Source: Endozoicomonas numazuensis
Lineage (GTDB): Bacteria > Pseudomonadota > Gammaproteobacteria > Pseudomonadales > Endozoicomonadaceae
Direction: 5' to 3'
DNA: 64,000 nucleotides
Assembly (NCBI RefSeq): GCF_000722635.1
Contig: NZ_JOKH01000006.1
Location: 214,243 to 278,242, forward strand
Part shown: piece by piece, positions 11,513-20,752 of the stretch
Numbering within the stretch: position 1 is the stretch's first letter
How the letters are laid out: each line of letters opens with the position of its first letter
The notes under the pieces: generated by a model
Told to the model about the DNA's origin: nothing
Seen by the model: only the letters and a program-made list of their open reading frames with translations
The model's database searches: none
Position numbers and translations under genes: made by a program

Positions 11513-13515
11513 TTTAATACCCGATCCCTGAGTCTGGCGACCTGATCACGGACGGCTGCCGCTTCTTCAAACTCCAGATTCTGAGCATGTTGCATCATCT
11601 GATCTTCCAGTTTCTTGATCTCTTTAGCCAGTTCGTGTGCGGACATTTCTCGATGATACTCTGCTTTTGGCTCAGCCACTTTCCTGCCAGACTGCCCTTT
11701 CTTCTTACCCGGAATGACAGCGCCTTCAAGAATATCTGCCACAGATTTGTGAATACTCCTGGGAGTAATACCGTGCTCTTCGTTATAGGCCAGTTGCTTC
11801 GTGCGACGACGATCGGTTTCATCCATAGCCCTCTGCATCGAACCGGTAACCTTGTCGGCATACAGAATAGCCCGGCCGTTTACATTACGGGCTGCCCGGC
11901 CAATCGTCTGGATCAGCGAGCGTTCGGAACGCAGGAAACCTTCTTTATCGGCATCCAGTATCGCGACCAGGGAGACTTCTGGCATATCCAGACCTTCCCT
12001 CAGCAGGTTGATCCCTACCAGCACATCAAAAGCGCCTATCCTCAAATCCCGGATAATTTCTACCCTTTCTACTGTATCAATGCCTGAATGCAGGTAACGA
12101 CAGCGCACACCATTTTCATGAAGATAATCGGTCAGATCTTCTGCCATGCGTTTGGTCAGGGTTGTGACCAGAACCCTGTCGCCTTTAGCGACCGTTTTAT
12201 TGAGTTCGGTAAACAGATCATCAACCTGTGTCGTGGCAGGACGAATTTCAATCTGCGGATCGATAAGTCCAGTAGGCCTTACCACCTGATCAACAATCTG
12301 CCCCTGGTGCTCGGCTTCATAAGGGCCGGGGGTTGCGGAGACAAAAATAGTTTGTGGTCGTCGTCCTTCCCACTCTTCAAACTTCATAGGCCGGTTATCA
12401 AGGGCAGAAGGCAGCCTGAAACCATACTCAACCAGCGTTTCTTTGCGTGACCGGTCTCCTTTATACATGCCTCCCACCTGAGGCACGGTGACGTGAGATT
12501 CGTCGATGACACACAGTGCATTATCAGGAATATAATCAAACAACGTAGGAGGCGCTTCGCCGGGTGTTGCGCCCGACAAATAGCGGGAATAGTTTTCTAT
12601 GCCGTTGCAATAGCCCAGCTCCAGCATCATTTCCACATCGTACCTTACTCTTTGCTCTAACCTTTGAGCTTCCACCAGTTTGTTGTTGTTCCTGAGTACC
12701 TCCAGACGCTCTGACAGCTCTTCCTTGATGGCATCTGTAGCTTCGATGATGGTCTGGCGAGGGGTTACATAGTGTGTTTTGGGGTAAATCGTGACTCTGG
12801 GCATTTTTCTCAGCACTTCACCCGTCAACGGGGCAAATTCACTGATCTCTTCGACTTCCTCATCAAACAGCTCCAGCCTGATGGCTTCTTTTTCAGATTC
12901 CGCCGGAAAAATATCAATAACATCACCACGCACCCGGTAGGTCGCCCTTTTCAATTCCGTGTCATTGCGGGTGTATTGCAACTCAGCCAGTCGACGCAAA
13001 ACTTCTCGCTGATCGATCATTTCACCCCGGGAGATGTGCAGCATCATTTTCAGATAAGACTTGGGATCACCCAGACCGTAAATCGCTGAAACCGTTGCTA
13101 CGATAATGGCATCTTCCCTTTCCATTAACGCCTTGGTGGCAGAAAGCCTCATCTGCTCAATGTGCTCATTGACCGAAGCATCTTTCTCTATAAAGGTATC
13201 TGAGCTGGGAACATAGGCTTCTGGCTGATAGTAGTCGTAATAGGAGACAAAGTACTCCACCGCATTGTCAGGAAAGAACTCTTTGAATTCGCCATATAAT
13301 TGCGCCGCCAGGGTCTTGTTATGAGCCATAACAATCGTGGGTCTTTGCAGCTTTTCGATCACGTTAGCAATGGTGAAGGTTTTCCCCGAACCGGTCACCC
13401 CCAGCAGGGTTTGGCAAGCCAGCCCCGAATTAATGCCCATCAGCAGCTTCTCTATGGCTTCGGGCTGATCCCCTGAAGGTTGAAACTTCGATGATACCTT
13501 GAATGTCTTTCCCAT
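11509..13515 (-). CDS. uvrB: Excinuclease ABC subunit B
   Basis: 668 aa. [16 protein letters not shown] ... [15 protein letters not shown], a UvrB-length protein with the characteristic C-terminal UvrB/UvrC interaction region. Confidence 0.95.
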   Translation of the reverse strand: MGKTFKVSSKFQPSGDQPEAIEKLLMGINSGLACQTLLGVTGSGKTFTIANVIEKLQRPTIVMAHNKTLAAQLYGEFKEFFPDNAVEYFVSYYDYYQPEAYVPSSDTFIEKDASVNEHIEQMRLSATKALMEREDAIIVATVSAIYGLGDPKSYLKMMLHISRGEMIDQREVLRRLAELQYTRNDTELKRATYRVRGDVIDIFPAESEKEAIRLELFDEEVEEISEFAPLTGEVLRKMPRVTIYPKTHYVTPRQTIIEATDAIKEELSERLEVLRNNNKLVEAQRLEQRVRYDVEMMLELGYCNGIENYSRYLSGATPGEAPPTLFDYIPDNALCVIDESHVTVPQVGGMYKGDRSRKETLVEYGFRLPSALDNRPMKFEEWEGRRPQTIFVSATPGPYEAEHQGQIVDQVVRPTGLIDPQIEIRPATTQVDDLFTELNKTVAKGDRVLVTTLTKRMAEDLTDYLHENGVRCRYLHSGIDTVERVEIIRDLRIGAFDVLVGINLLREGLDMPEVSLVAILDADKEGFLRSERSLIQTIGRAARNVNGRAILYADKVTGSMQRAMDETDRRRTKQLAYNEEHGITPRSIHKSVADILEGAVIPGKKKGQSGRKVAEPKAEYHREMSAHELAKEIKKLEDQMMQHAQNLEFEEAAAVRDQVARLRDRVLK

Positions 13516-13823
13516 ATATGTCCACTGGCAAAAGCCGCTGAGAGGGTCTTGAATCTATTGCTGATTATAAACAGCACCGGACAGGAAATGCAGCCGGGCA
13601 TAACGTTTCGGGCAAGATACCGGAACACTTCGGGGACGAATCAGCCTGTAAACGGATAAAAAGCTTCAGGTGAAACCTATAACTGAGCAGCCCTTTACTA
13701 CCCGTATTCGAGGCATTTTGATAATGACTTCGATAGATAAATCAGTGCGATCAAACCAATGCCAGTCGCCACGGTGACAACGGGCAAGGCTGTAGCATAA
13801 GGAATCCAAAGGCTCCCCTCTCA

Positions 13824-15017
13824 TTACCCTTTAACATTGACCACCTGTCTCAGGGTATGAACTACTTCCAGCAGATCGGTCTGGAGATCCATTACCCGAT
13901 CGATGTTTTTGTAAGCAGCCGGTATTTCATCGATAACGCCTTTATCTTTACGACATTCGATGCCTTCTGTCTGCTCACGCAGGTCCTTCTGGGTAAACGA
14001 GTTTCTGGCAGCGGTTCTGGACATGGTTCGTCCTGCACCATGGGCACAGCTACAGAATGATTCGGCATTCCCCTTGCCACGAATGATGTAGGAGCGAGCG
14101 CCCATGGAACCAGGAATAATACCCAGATCCCCTTCCCTGGCACGGATAGCGCCTTTTCGGGTCACCCAGACTCGGTCACCGTCGTGGATTTCACGCTCCA
14201 CAAAGTTATGGTGACAGTTGATGGCCTCACGAGTCACCGAAAACTTCTTGAGACGATGCTTCAATGATCGCAGTACGGCATTCATCATGTGCTCACGATT
14301 CTGCATGGCATAATCCTGAGCCCAGGCGACCGCTTCCACATAATCATCAAAGTATTCGCTACCCTCTTTCAGATAACCCAGCTCTTTATCCGGAAGATGG
14401 ATCTGGTGTCGCTCCATTTCCCTTCTTGCCAGACGAATAAAGTACTGACCAATCATATTGCCGATGCCACGACTGCCGGAATGCAACATCACCCAGACAT
14501 CGTCGTTTTCATCAAGACAGAGCTCGATAAAGTGGTTTCCTGAACCCAGGGTTCCCAGCTGACTGGCAAACTTTCGAGCATTACCGTGTCGGGAGATACC
14601 CGAATGCTTTTCCAGAATATGACTGAGCCTCATGGCCAGTGCTGAACCACCGGCCAGCTGCTCATTTTTATGGGCCCCACCCGCTCCCAGCGGGATGGTT
14701 CTCTCAATGTCATTCCGGATCTGATACAAGTTATCCGGCAGGTCATGCGCTTTCAGTGAAAGCCTGACGGCATTCATCCCGCAACCAATATCCACACCCA
14801 CAGCAGCGGGAATAATGGCATCGGTTGTAGCGATGACCGAACCCACAGTTGCACCCCGGCCCAGGTGGATATCCGGCATGCCGGCAACATGTTTGTATAT
14901 AAACGGCAGGCTGGCCACCCGACGCATCTGCGCCAGGGCTTCATGCTGTACCTCATCGGTCCAGATCTTAACCGGTTTTTGCTGATCCTTCGCGGCCAGC
15001 AGCGTGACTACAGGCAT
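13824..15017 (-). CDS. rtcB: RtcB RNA 3'-phosphate/2',3'-cyclic-phosphate to 5'-OH ligase
   Basis: 397 aa. HLGRGATVGSVIAT ... VGVDIGCGM ... GSGNHFIELC ... HNF are RtcB signature motifs. Confidence 0.93.
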   Translation of the reverse strand: MPVVTLLAAKDQQKPVKIWTDEVQHEALAQMRRVASLPFIYKHVAGMPDIHLGRGATVGSVIATTDAIIPAAVGVDIGCGMNAVRLSLKAHDLPDNLYQIRNDIERTIPLGAGGAHKNEQLAGGSALAMRLSHILEKHSGISRHGNARKFASQLGTLGSGNHFIELCLDENDDVWVMLHSGSRGIGNMIGQYFIRLARREMERHQIHLPDKELGYLKEGSEYFDDYVEAVAWAQDYAMQNREHMMNAVLRSLKHRLKKFSVTREAINCHHNFVEREIHDGDRVWVTRKGAIRAREGDLGIIPGSMGARSYIIRGKGNAESFCSCAHGAGRTMSRTAARNSFTQKDLREQTEGIECRKDKGVIDEIPAAYKNIDRVMDLQTDLLEVVHTLRQVVNVKG

Positions 15018-15850
15018 AATTGCTTTCCTTTTGCTGCCTCCCCTGTTTCAGGCCGGTCATGAACCCAGGCTTTAAACAGGGGATTTAAACGGTCTTCCTG
15101 TTCTTTATGAGCGGGTATCATCAAGGATTTTTCACTGCTTCCCAGTCGCTCCAGCTCTTTGACAAGAAATTCATTAATCGGGGCTATCGGGGTGGAATAG
15201 TCTGCCTCCAGAGAAGCTCTCTTCTTCTTGAGCAGCGCTTCTATAGAAGCCATCAATCCACCTTCCGACAACAAGCCCCTGGCCAGGGTTTCAAAATCCA
15301 GTGGCGGTATGGTGTAGTATGTTTCTATCCATTTCATACACAACACTGGCCTCAATACATAGAAGTATTTCTTTAGTCGAACCCTGTCACCTTTCAGGTA
15401 ATCCCGAAAATTACCATTAGCCATATGGAGATAGTGATAAAAGCCGGCTCTGGGCGAATAGTATTTATCCAGTACCCTGGTCATTGAGCTTCTGAAACTA
15501 CTGACCTCTTTGTAGACATAATCAGAATTCAGCCACTCCACCAGCGATGGATTGGACTTTTTCATCAGTTTGAGCGCCTTGCGAAGGTCCCAACCACTGA
15601 CATCCAACTCATCGGTGATCGGCTTCTCGATCACATCTCGCTTATGTTCGACATTGATCGTCAGATACCAGTCTGCGGGCCTGACATACAGGAATCGAAC
15701 ATCGTAATCGCTGTCTGGGGAAGCAAAACCCCAGGCCCGGCTTCCGGATTCACAGGCGTATAGCACTCGAACATTATGTTCTTTTTCTATGAGTGCAAGC
15801 TCTTCCAGAACTCTGTTTTTCATAGCTTTCATTGGATGACTCCTACCCAA
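15008..15850 (-). CDS. Minimal nucleotidyltransferase (Pol-beta superfamily, COG3541/PF10127-like) associated with RtcB operons
   Basis: YACESGSRAWGFASPDSDYDVRFLY is the GS-x9-DxD nucleotidyltransferase motif. It overlaps the rtcB start by 10 bp, implying co-transcription. Confidence 0.75.
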   Translation of the reverse strand: MGRSHPMKAMKNRVLEELALIEKEHNVRVLYACESGSRAWGFASPDSDYDVRFLYVRPADWYLTINVEHKRDVIEKPITDELDVSGWDLRKALKLMKKSNPSLVEWLNSDYVYKEVSSFRSSMTRVLDKYYSPRAGFYHYLHMANGNFRDYLKGDRVRLKKYFYVLRPVLCMKWIETYYTIPPLDFETLARGLLSEGGLMASIEALLKKKRASLEADYSTPIAPINEFLVKELERLGSSEKSLMIPAHKEQEDRLNPLFKAWVHDRPETGEAAKGKQLCL

Positions 15851-15854
15851 CCTT

Positions 15855-17030
15855 TCAACCCAGCCTGACGGTCTGTTTCATCAACTGGTCGATGCCACCG
15901 TAAACATTCAGGTTCTGAACTTTTTCAGACACCTTTTCCAAAGCTTCCAGCTCTTTTAACCGGAGCAGAATGGCGTTGTTCTCCATCATTTTCGCGGTAT
16001 TGTGCAGACTCCGGGTCGCTGCAGTTTCTTCCCTTCTCTTAATCACGTTCGCTTCAGCCGCTTTCTGGGCTTCAACCACCCGGTTGAGAATCGTCCTGAT
16101 CTCGCCGGGCAGGACAATATCCTTCACACCCACCCGCTCCAGCCGGATGCCTTCTGCCTCCAACTCTGCGACCACCTGATCTTTGACCGTGGTATTAATG
16201 TGCAGTTTGTCTTCCAGAAGCTGATCAAGTGTTCTTGTGCCTACCGCTTCACGCAGAGCTAATTGCAAAGCCCGGTAAGCAAATGCTTCGTGATCGGACT
16301 GACTTTCAGCCACCTGTCGTGCATCAACAATTCTCAAGCCCGCTGTCAGGTTGACCCGGATAGATACCCGATCTTTGGTCAGAATTTCCTGCCCTGACAC
16401 TTCCAGGGTTTTCTGACGCAGATCCAGCAGTTTGACTTCCATCTCATGATTGATCTGCCAGAAACCATAAAGACCTGCCTTCAACTCCTGCTGCAGAACA
16501 CCATCGACATACAGCATGCCTATGTGGCCTGCGGGGACCACAGATTCCAGAACAGGTACCTGCAAGCGACTACCGGGCTCCACCAGTAACCTTTGAGATT
16601 GATTGACGTTTCTGAGCCTGATTTCATTCAGTAAAGAGCGATCCACTTCCAAACCTTCTGAAAGCGACACCTTTTTTAACTCCAGTTTTCCGGCTTTTTT
16701 CCATACCAGAAGCGTGCCACCGGGAAAGGCAATGCCCTGCAGAACATCGTTGTGGTACAGCAGCCCTACTTCATTTTTGTCGACTCTCCATTCATGGAGC
16801 AGTTCGGCAATTTCCTGGTGATCCCGCACCATTTGCAGCGCACTGGGATCATCAAAGTAGAGATCATTGCTATCAAAGCTGTTGATCTCCAATGTGCAGA
16901 GTCTGCCGTGAACATGATGACGACCAGCCGACAGAACCTTTTCAAATTTTTTATTGCGATACAGTAAGGCCACTTCATTCTCGGCCACGGTAATCTGTTT
17001 GCCGAGCCAGGTGTTTTCTATAACTGCCAT
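15855..17030 (-). CDS. SPFH/band-7 (stomatin/prohibitin-like) domain protein. It is the first ORF of the rtcB operon.
   Basis: EAFAYRALQLALREAVGTRTLDQLLEDKL ... ILNRVVEAQKAAEANVIKRREETAA is a typical band-7 core followed by a coiled coil. The start is chosen at MAVIEN because GGAGG lies 8 nt upstream. The ORF track instead extends the start to 17084. Confidence 0.8.
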   Translation of the reverse strand: MAVIENTWLGKQITVAENEVALLYRNKKFEKVLSAGRHHVHGRLCTLEINSFDSNDLYFDDPSALQMVRDHQEIAELLHEWRVDKNEVGLLYHNDVLQGIAFPGGTLLVWKKAGKLELKKVSLSEGLEVDRSLLNEIRLRNVNQSQRLLVEPGSRLQVPVLESVVPAGHIGMLYVDGVLQQELKAGLYGFWQINHEMEVKLLDLRQKTLEVSGQEILTKDRVSIRVNLTAGLRIVDARQVAESQSDHEAFAYRALQLALREAVGTRTLDQLLEDKLHINTTVKDQVVAELEAEGIRLERVGVKDIVLPGEIRTILNRVVEAQKAAEANVIKRREETAATRSLHNTAKMMENNAILLRLKELEALEKVSEKVQNLNVYGGIDQLMKQTVRLG

Positions 17031-17225
17031 TTTCATTACCTCCAGCAGTTTGTTTTTTATCGAGAATAAACAGGGGCAACCCACTTGCCAGACATCAGCC
17101 TGCTCCGGGGTAAACTATCGGGAACCTTTCGGTTTGCGACGCATCATGCCGGAGCTGCAGACACCACACAGAGGTCGGTGCAGCTGTTAATTCATTAGTT
17201 TTTTGAGCAGGACATGCCTGCGAAT

Positions 17226-17297
17226 CATGGGTTACGTAGCGGGACTCGAACCCGCAACACGAGAAATAATTCCCTGCTATACCATTTAGCTATACGT
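17226..17297 (-). ncRNA. tRNA-like RNA (72 nt) with a complete acceptor, D and T arms and an encoded CCA, but a 4-nt loop where the 7-nt anticodon loop should be. Candidate tRNA mimic of Y-RNA/YrlA type in the rtc operon leader.
   Basis: Minus-strand read: CTACGTA-TA-GCTA-AATGGTA-TAGC-A-GGGAA-TTAT-TTCTC-GTGTT-GCGGG-TTCGAGT-CCCGC-TACGTAA-C-CCA. Every stem pairs (one C·A at 1:72 and one G·U). It lies between a sigma-54 promoter and the SPFH gene. Confidence 0.6.
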
Positions 17298-17400
17298 AGT
17301 AGTCAGGAGTCGAACCTGAGCCCTTGGGCTTTCCCATGTCAGCGGCGGAATACGTTTTGGCAGACCACACGCACCGGAGTGTTATTCGAAACACGTCAAA
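17298..17400 (-). other. Structured 5' leader of the rtc operon containing a second tRNA T-arm-like hairpin (CTCAGG-TTCGACT-CCTGAG) and a 5'-proximal hairpin (GTGTT-TCGAAT-AACAC). It does not complete a cloverleaf by eye.
   Basis: The reverse complement of 17300-17325 contains GGCTCAGGTTCGACTCCTGAC, a GGTTCGA T-loop consensus with a 5-bp stem. The element sits immediately 5' of the tRNA-like RNA and just after the predicted transcription start. Confidence 0.4.
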
Positions 17401-17416
17401 GCTGACGGCATAGGTA

Positions 17417-17433
17417 TTTCAAGGTGCGTGCCA
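17417..17433 (-). promoter_or_regulatory. Sigma-54 (RpoN) -24/-12 promoter for the tRNA-like RNA, SPFH, NTase and rtcB operon
   Basis: The minus strand reads TGGCAC-GCACC-TTGAA, against the consensus TGGCAC-N5-TTGCW. The -12 element has TTGA instead of TTGC. It is placed ~160 bp upstream of the divergent rtcR start, as in E. coli rtcR/rtcBA. Confidence 0.55.
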
Positions 17434-17595
17434 AAAATTTAAAAACCCCAACAAAAAGATCATATCCAATTGTTTTTATTGAATTTATTTTTATCACCGT
17501 CTTTTTTGTTGAACAACCAATGAAGCCCCATGCAAACAGAATCTATTTTTTGTGATATTTTTATATCTTTTTAGATATTCATGAATTGATTCGCA

Positions 17596-19197
17596 ATGAC
17601 TAAAAAGAACGTAGTGATCAGTATCCTGGGTGTTATTAAAGACAATAAAGGCCGGGGATCAAAGCGCTGGCAGACTTGGCGCCCCAATGTCAGTCTGGTG
17701 ATGCAGGATGATTTCAAGGTTGATCGCCTGGAGCTGCTTTATGATCCGGAGTACTTCAGAATGGCCGGCAAGGTGGTGGCTGATATCCAGTCGGTATCGC
17801 CTCATACCGAAGTGGTTCTGGTTGAAGCCCCCTGGGCAGACCCTTGGGATTTTGCTGAAATTTATGGTTGGTTCGATCAATACACCCGGCACTACCCGGT
17901 TAAAACCGAGAGTGAAAACTATTTCCTGAATATCACCACCGGAACCCACGTTAATCAGATCTGTATGTTTCTGATCAGTGAGGCCCGTTTAATTCCTGCC
18001 AGCCTCCTACAGGTTTCTCCTGACTTAGACGCAGAAAACCGGGCTGTCGGCACCCTGAGAATCATCGACCTGGATCAGGCGAAATACGATGCACTGGCCA
18101 GCCGCTATCAAGAACAGGCGCAAACCGGCCAGGACTTTCTGAAGTCCGGCATTAAAACCCGAAACGCTGCATTTAATACCCTGATCGCAGAAATTGAGCA
18201 GGTAGCCATTGCTTCCTCAGACCCGATTCTGCTGGAAGGCCCCACAGGTGCGGGTAAAACTCAGTTAGCTCGAAGAATCTATGAACTGAAAGCCAGTCGA
18301 AATGATGTGATGGGCAAATTTGTATCCGTCAACTGCGCTACCTTGAGGGGTGATGGGTCTATGTCGGCCTTGTTTGGTCACAGCAAAGGGGCCTACACCG
18401 GAGCCCAGCAAAGTCGGGAAGGTTATTTGAAAAATGCCCACCAGGGGATTCTGTTCCTGGATGAAATTGGCGAGCTCGGTCTGGATGAGCAGGCCATGCT
18501 GCTGCACGCCATTGAAGAAAAGCGCTTCTACCCGGTGGGCAGTGATAAAACCGTGTTCAGTGATTTTCAACTGCTGGCAGGGACTCACCAGGATCTTCAG
18601 CAGGCGGTCATTAAAGGCACTTTCCGGGAAGATCTAATGGCCCGTATAAACATCTGGAGCTGGAAACTGCCAGGACTGACCGAACGACTGGAAGACTTTG
18701 AACCCAACCTCGATTTTGAACTGCAACAACACGCGCGACAAAAGAACAAACAGGTGCGCTTCAATAAAACGGCTCGCGCCGCTTATATGCGGTTTGCCAC
18801 CCAACCGGATAGTTCCTGGTCATCCAACTTTCGAGACCTGACGGCCAGTGTGAATCGAATGGTAACGCTGAGCGAGGGTGGTCGAATCAATGAAGAGAAC
18901 GTCAACAGAGAAATCTCTCGTTTACAGCAACGCTGGCAACCGGCCAAAAACCAGCATGACTCCTCAGTAGAATTGTCCGATTATCTGAGCGAAGAGCAAC
19001 TGACTTCAATTGATCAGTTTGATCAGTTGCAACTGGTTAATGTCATACATATATGCCGACAATGCCGCTCCATGGCAGAAGCTGGCCGCAGGTTATTTAA
19101 TGTCAGCCGATCAGAGAAAGTCAGCAGTAATGACTCTCACCGGTTAAGAAATTACCTCTCACGGTTCGGATTAACATTCAAAAACATAACTGAATAG
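17596..19197 (+). CDS. rtcR: RtcR, a sigma-54-dependent transcriptional activator with an N-terminal CARF domain
   Basis: 533 aa. MTKKNVVISILGV ... GRGSKRWQTWRPN ... DRLELLYD ... HITTGTHV parallels the E. coli RtcR CARF region. It is followed by a AAA+ module (LLEGPTGAGKTQLARRI; GAYTGA) and a C-terminal HTH. Confidence 0.92.
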   Translation: MTKKNVVISILGVIKDNKGRGSKRWQTWRPNVSLVMQDDFKVDRLELLYDPEYFRMAGKVVADIQSVSPHTEVVLVEAPWADPWDFAEIYGWFDQYTRHYPVKTESENYFLNITTGTHVNQICMFLISEARLIPASLLQVSPDLDAENRAVGTLRIIDLDQAKYDALASRYQEQAQTGQDFLKSGIKTRNAAFNTLIAEIEQVAIASSDPILLEGPTGAGKTQLARRIYELKASRNDVMGKFVSVNCATLRGDGSMSALFGHSKGAYTGAQQSREGYLKNAHQGILFLDEIGELGLDEQAMLLHAIEEKRFYPVGSDKTVFSDFQLLAGTHQDLQQAVIKGTFREDLMARINIWSWKLPGLTERLEDFEPNLDFELQQHARQKNKQVRFNKTARAAYMRFATQPDSSWSSNFRDLTASVNRMVTLSEGGRINEENVNREISRLQQRWQPAKNQHDSSVELSDYLSEEQLTSIDQFDQLQLVNVIHICRQCRSMAEAGRRLFNVSRSEKVSSNDSHRLRNYLSRFGLTFKNITE

Positions 19198-19371
19198 AAA
19201 ATGACACAAATATGAAACTTGTGTGTCGGTTTTCAGATGGCGCAGTGTACAAGCGTTGTGTATGATGCGCAGTGCTGATGCATGATTCCCTGATAAGACA
19301 GCTTGTCAACCTCGAGAAGTTCGCACAGGAATCCGTATCAGCCTGATTTCATAGGGTTTGAATAACGATTA

Positions 19372-20562
19372 ATGAGGAACATCGTGACTGGTCAACCTTC
19401 CCACCGCGTTCAGATGGTTAAGCCATCCCCCACTCTGGCAGTCACTGCCCGAGCCGCTGAACTTCGCGCTGCCGGACAAGATATTATTGGCCTGGGTGCC
19501 GGTGAACCCGACTTCGACACCCCTGATCACATCAAAGCAGCTGCAATCAAGGCCATCAACGAAGGAAAAACCAAGTACACTGCCGTTGACGGTACGGTAG
19601 AACTGAAGCAGGCCATCATTGACAAGTTTAACCGCGATAATGGTCATTCATATGCTCCAGACCAGATTCTGGTTTCCTCTGGTGGAAAGCAGAGTTTCTT
19701 CAACCTCTGTCTGGCCCTGATCGACAAGGGTGATGAAGTCGTTATTCCCGCCCCTTACTGGGTGTCCTACCCGGATATGGTGGCCATTGCCGAAGGTGTG
19801 CCTGTCATCGTCAAGGGTACTATGGAGAATCGTTTTAAACTGACTCCGGATCAACTGGAAGCAGTCATCACCCCCAAAACCAAACTGGTTGTTCTGAACA
19901 GCCCATCCAACCCATCCGGTACTGCGTACACCCGCAAAGAGCTGGAAGGTCTGGCTGCAGTTCTGCTGAAGCACCCTCATGTCATGGTCGCTACGGATGA
20001 TATGTACGAGCATATCCTCTGGAGTGACGAGCCTTTCTGCAACATCTTGATGGCCTGCCCTGAACTGTACGACAGAACTATTGTTCTGAACGGTGTTTCG
20101 AAGGCTTACTCCATGACCGGATGGCGTATTGGTTATGCCGGTGGTCCAGCCTGGCTGATCAAGAACATGAAGAAGATCCAGTCTCAGAGCACTTCAAACC
20201 CCTGCTCTATTGCCCAGGCAGCCGCGACTGAAGCGCTGGCGGGCCCACAGGATTGTGTGAAGGAAATGCTGGTAGCCTTCAAGAAGCGTCATGACTATGT
20301 CGTCGGTCGTCTGAACAAACTGCCGGGTGTTTCTACCATTGAAAGTGACGGTACCTTTTACGCTTTCCCTGATTTCAGCGAAGCCATGAAGAAGCTGGGC
20401 TTTGAAAAAGACACACAGCTGGCAGAAATGCTGCTGGAAAAAGGCGTGGCTCTGGTACCGGGTTCTGCCTTTGGTATGGAAGGCTGCATGCGTCTTTCCT
20501 ACGCTACCAGTGACAAAGCCCTGGAAAAAGCTCTGGATCGAGTGGAAAGTGCACTGATCTGA
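19372..20562 (+). CDS. Aspartate/aromatic aminotransferase (class I PLP-dependent)
   Basis: 396 aa. RVQMVKPSPTLAVTARAAELRAAGQDIIGLGAGEPDFDTP and SKAYSMTGWRIGY (PLP-lysine region). The GTG at 19384, with GAGGAA just upstream, is an alternative start. Confidence 0.9.
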   Translation: MRNIVTGQPSHRVQMVKPSPTLAVTARAAELRAAGQDIIGLGAGEPDFDTPDHIKAAAIKAINEGKTKYTAVDGTVELKQAIIDKFNRDNGHSYAPDQILVSSGGKQSFFNLCLALIDKGDEVVIPAPYWVSYPDMVAIAEGVPVIVKGTMENRFKLTPDQLEAVITPKTKLVVLNSPSNPSGTAYTRKELEGLAAVLLKHPHVMVATDDMYEHILWSDEPFCNILMACPELYDRTIVLNGVSKAYSMTGWRIGYAGGPAWLIKNMKKIQSQSTSNPCSIAQAAATEALAGPQDCVKEMLVAFKKRHDYVVGRLNKLPGVSTIESDGTFYAFPDFSEAMKKLGFEKDTQLAEMLLEKGVALVPGSAFGMEGCMRLSYATSDKALEKALDRVESALI

Positions 20563-20690
20563 TGATTTACTCAGGAGCAGTTTCCCACTGCTCCTGCCAC
20601 CTTACAATGAAAGCCCTGACCTTATTCACTTTAACACTTCTTCTGCTTTGCCCCTTTCCAACGTTGGCTAACTGGAAAGATACCGCTGAA

Positions 20691-20752
20691 TACATCGACC
20701 ATTTAGTTGCCACAGGTAAAATACATCGACCATTTAGTTGCCACAGGTAAAA
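20691..20752. repeat. Perfect 31-bp tandem duplication (tacatcgaccatttagttgccacaggtaaaa x2) at the junction with a truncated IS element
   Basis: Both copies are readable directly. The duplication truncates a small signal-peptide-bearing ORF (MKALTLFTLTLLLLCPFPTLANW...) and abuts the ISL3 fragment. Confidence 0.85.

Noticed and set aside
13548-13561. Possible LexA box upstream of uvrB (ctgattataaacag)
   Set aside because: It reads CTG-N8-CAG, 14 bp. The canonical SOS box is CTGT-N8-ACAG, 16 bp, so the spacing is 2 bp short. The position is right for uvrB, so it is noted but not called.
17226-17297. Calling the T-loop-containing element a genuine tRNA gene
   Set aside because: All stems pair and the CCA is encoded. 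But the anticodon loop is 4 nt (UUAU) with no readable anticodon, and the variable region and context (operon leader) are atypical. It is treated as a tRNA-like ncRNA or mimic, with pseudogene as the alternative explanation.
20562-20750. ORF 20562..20750 (+) encoding a signal-peptide-like 62-aa product
   Set aside because: Its 3' end runs into the 31-bp duplication and the ISL3 fragment. It is probably the truncated N-terminus of a disrupted gene, so it is not reported as an intact CDS.
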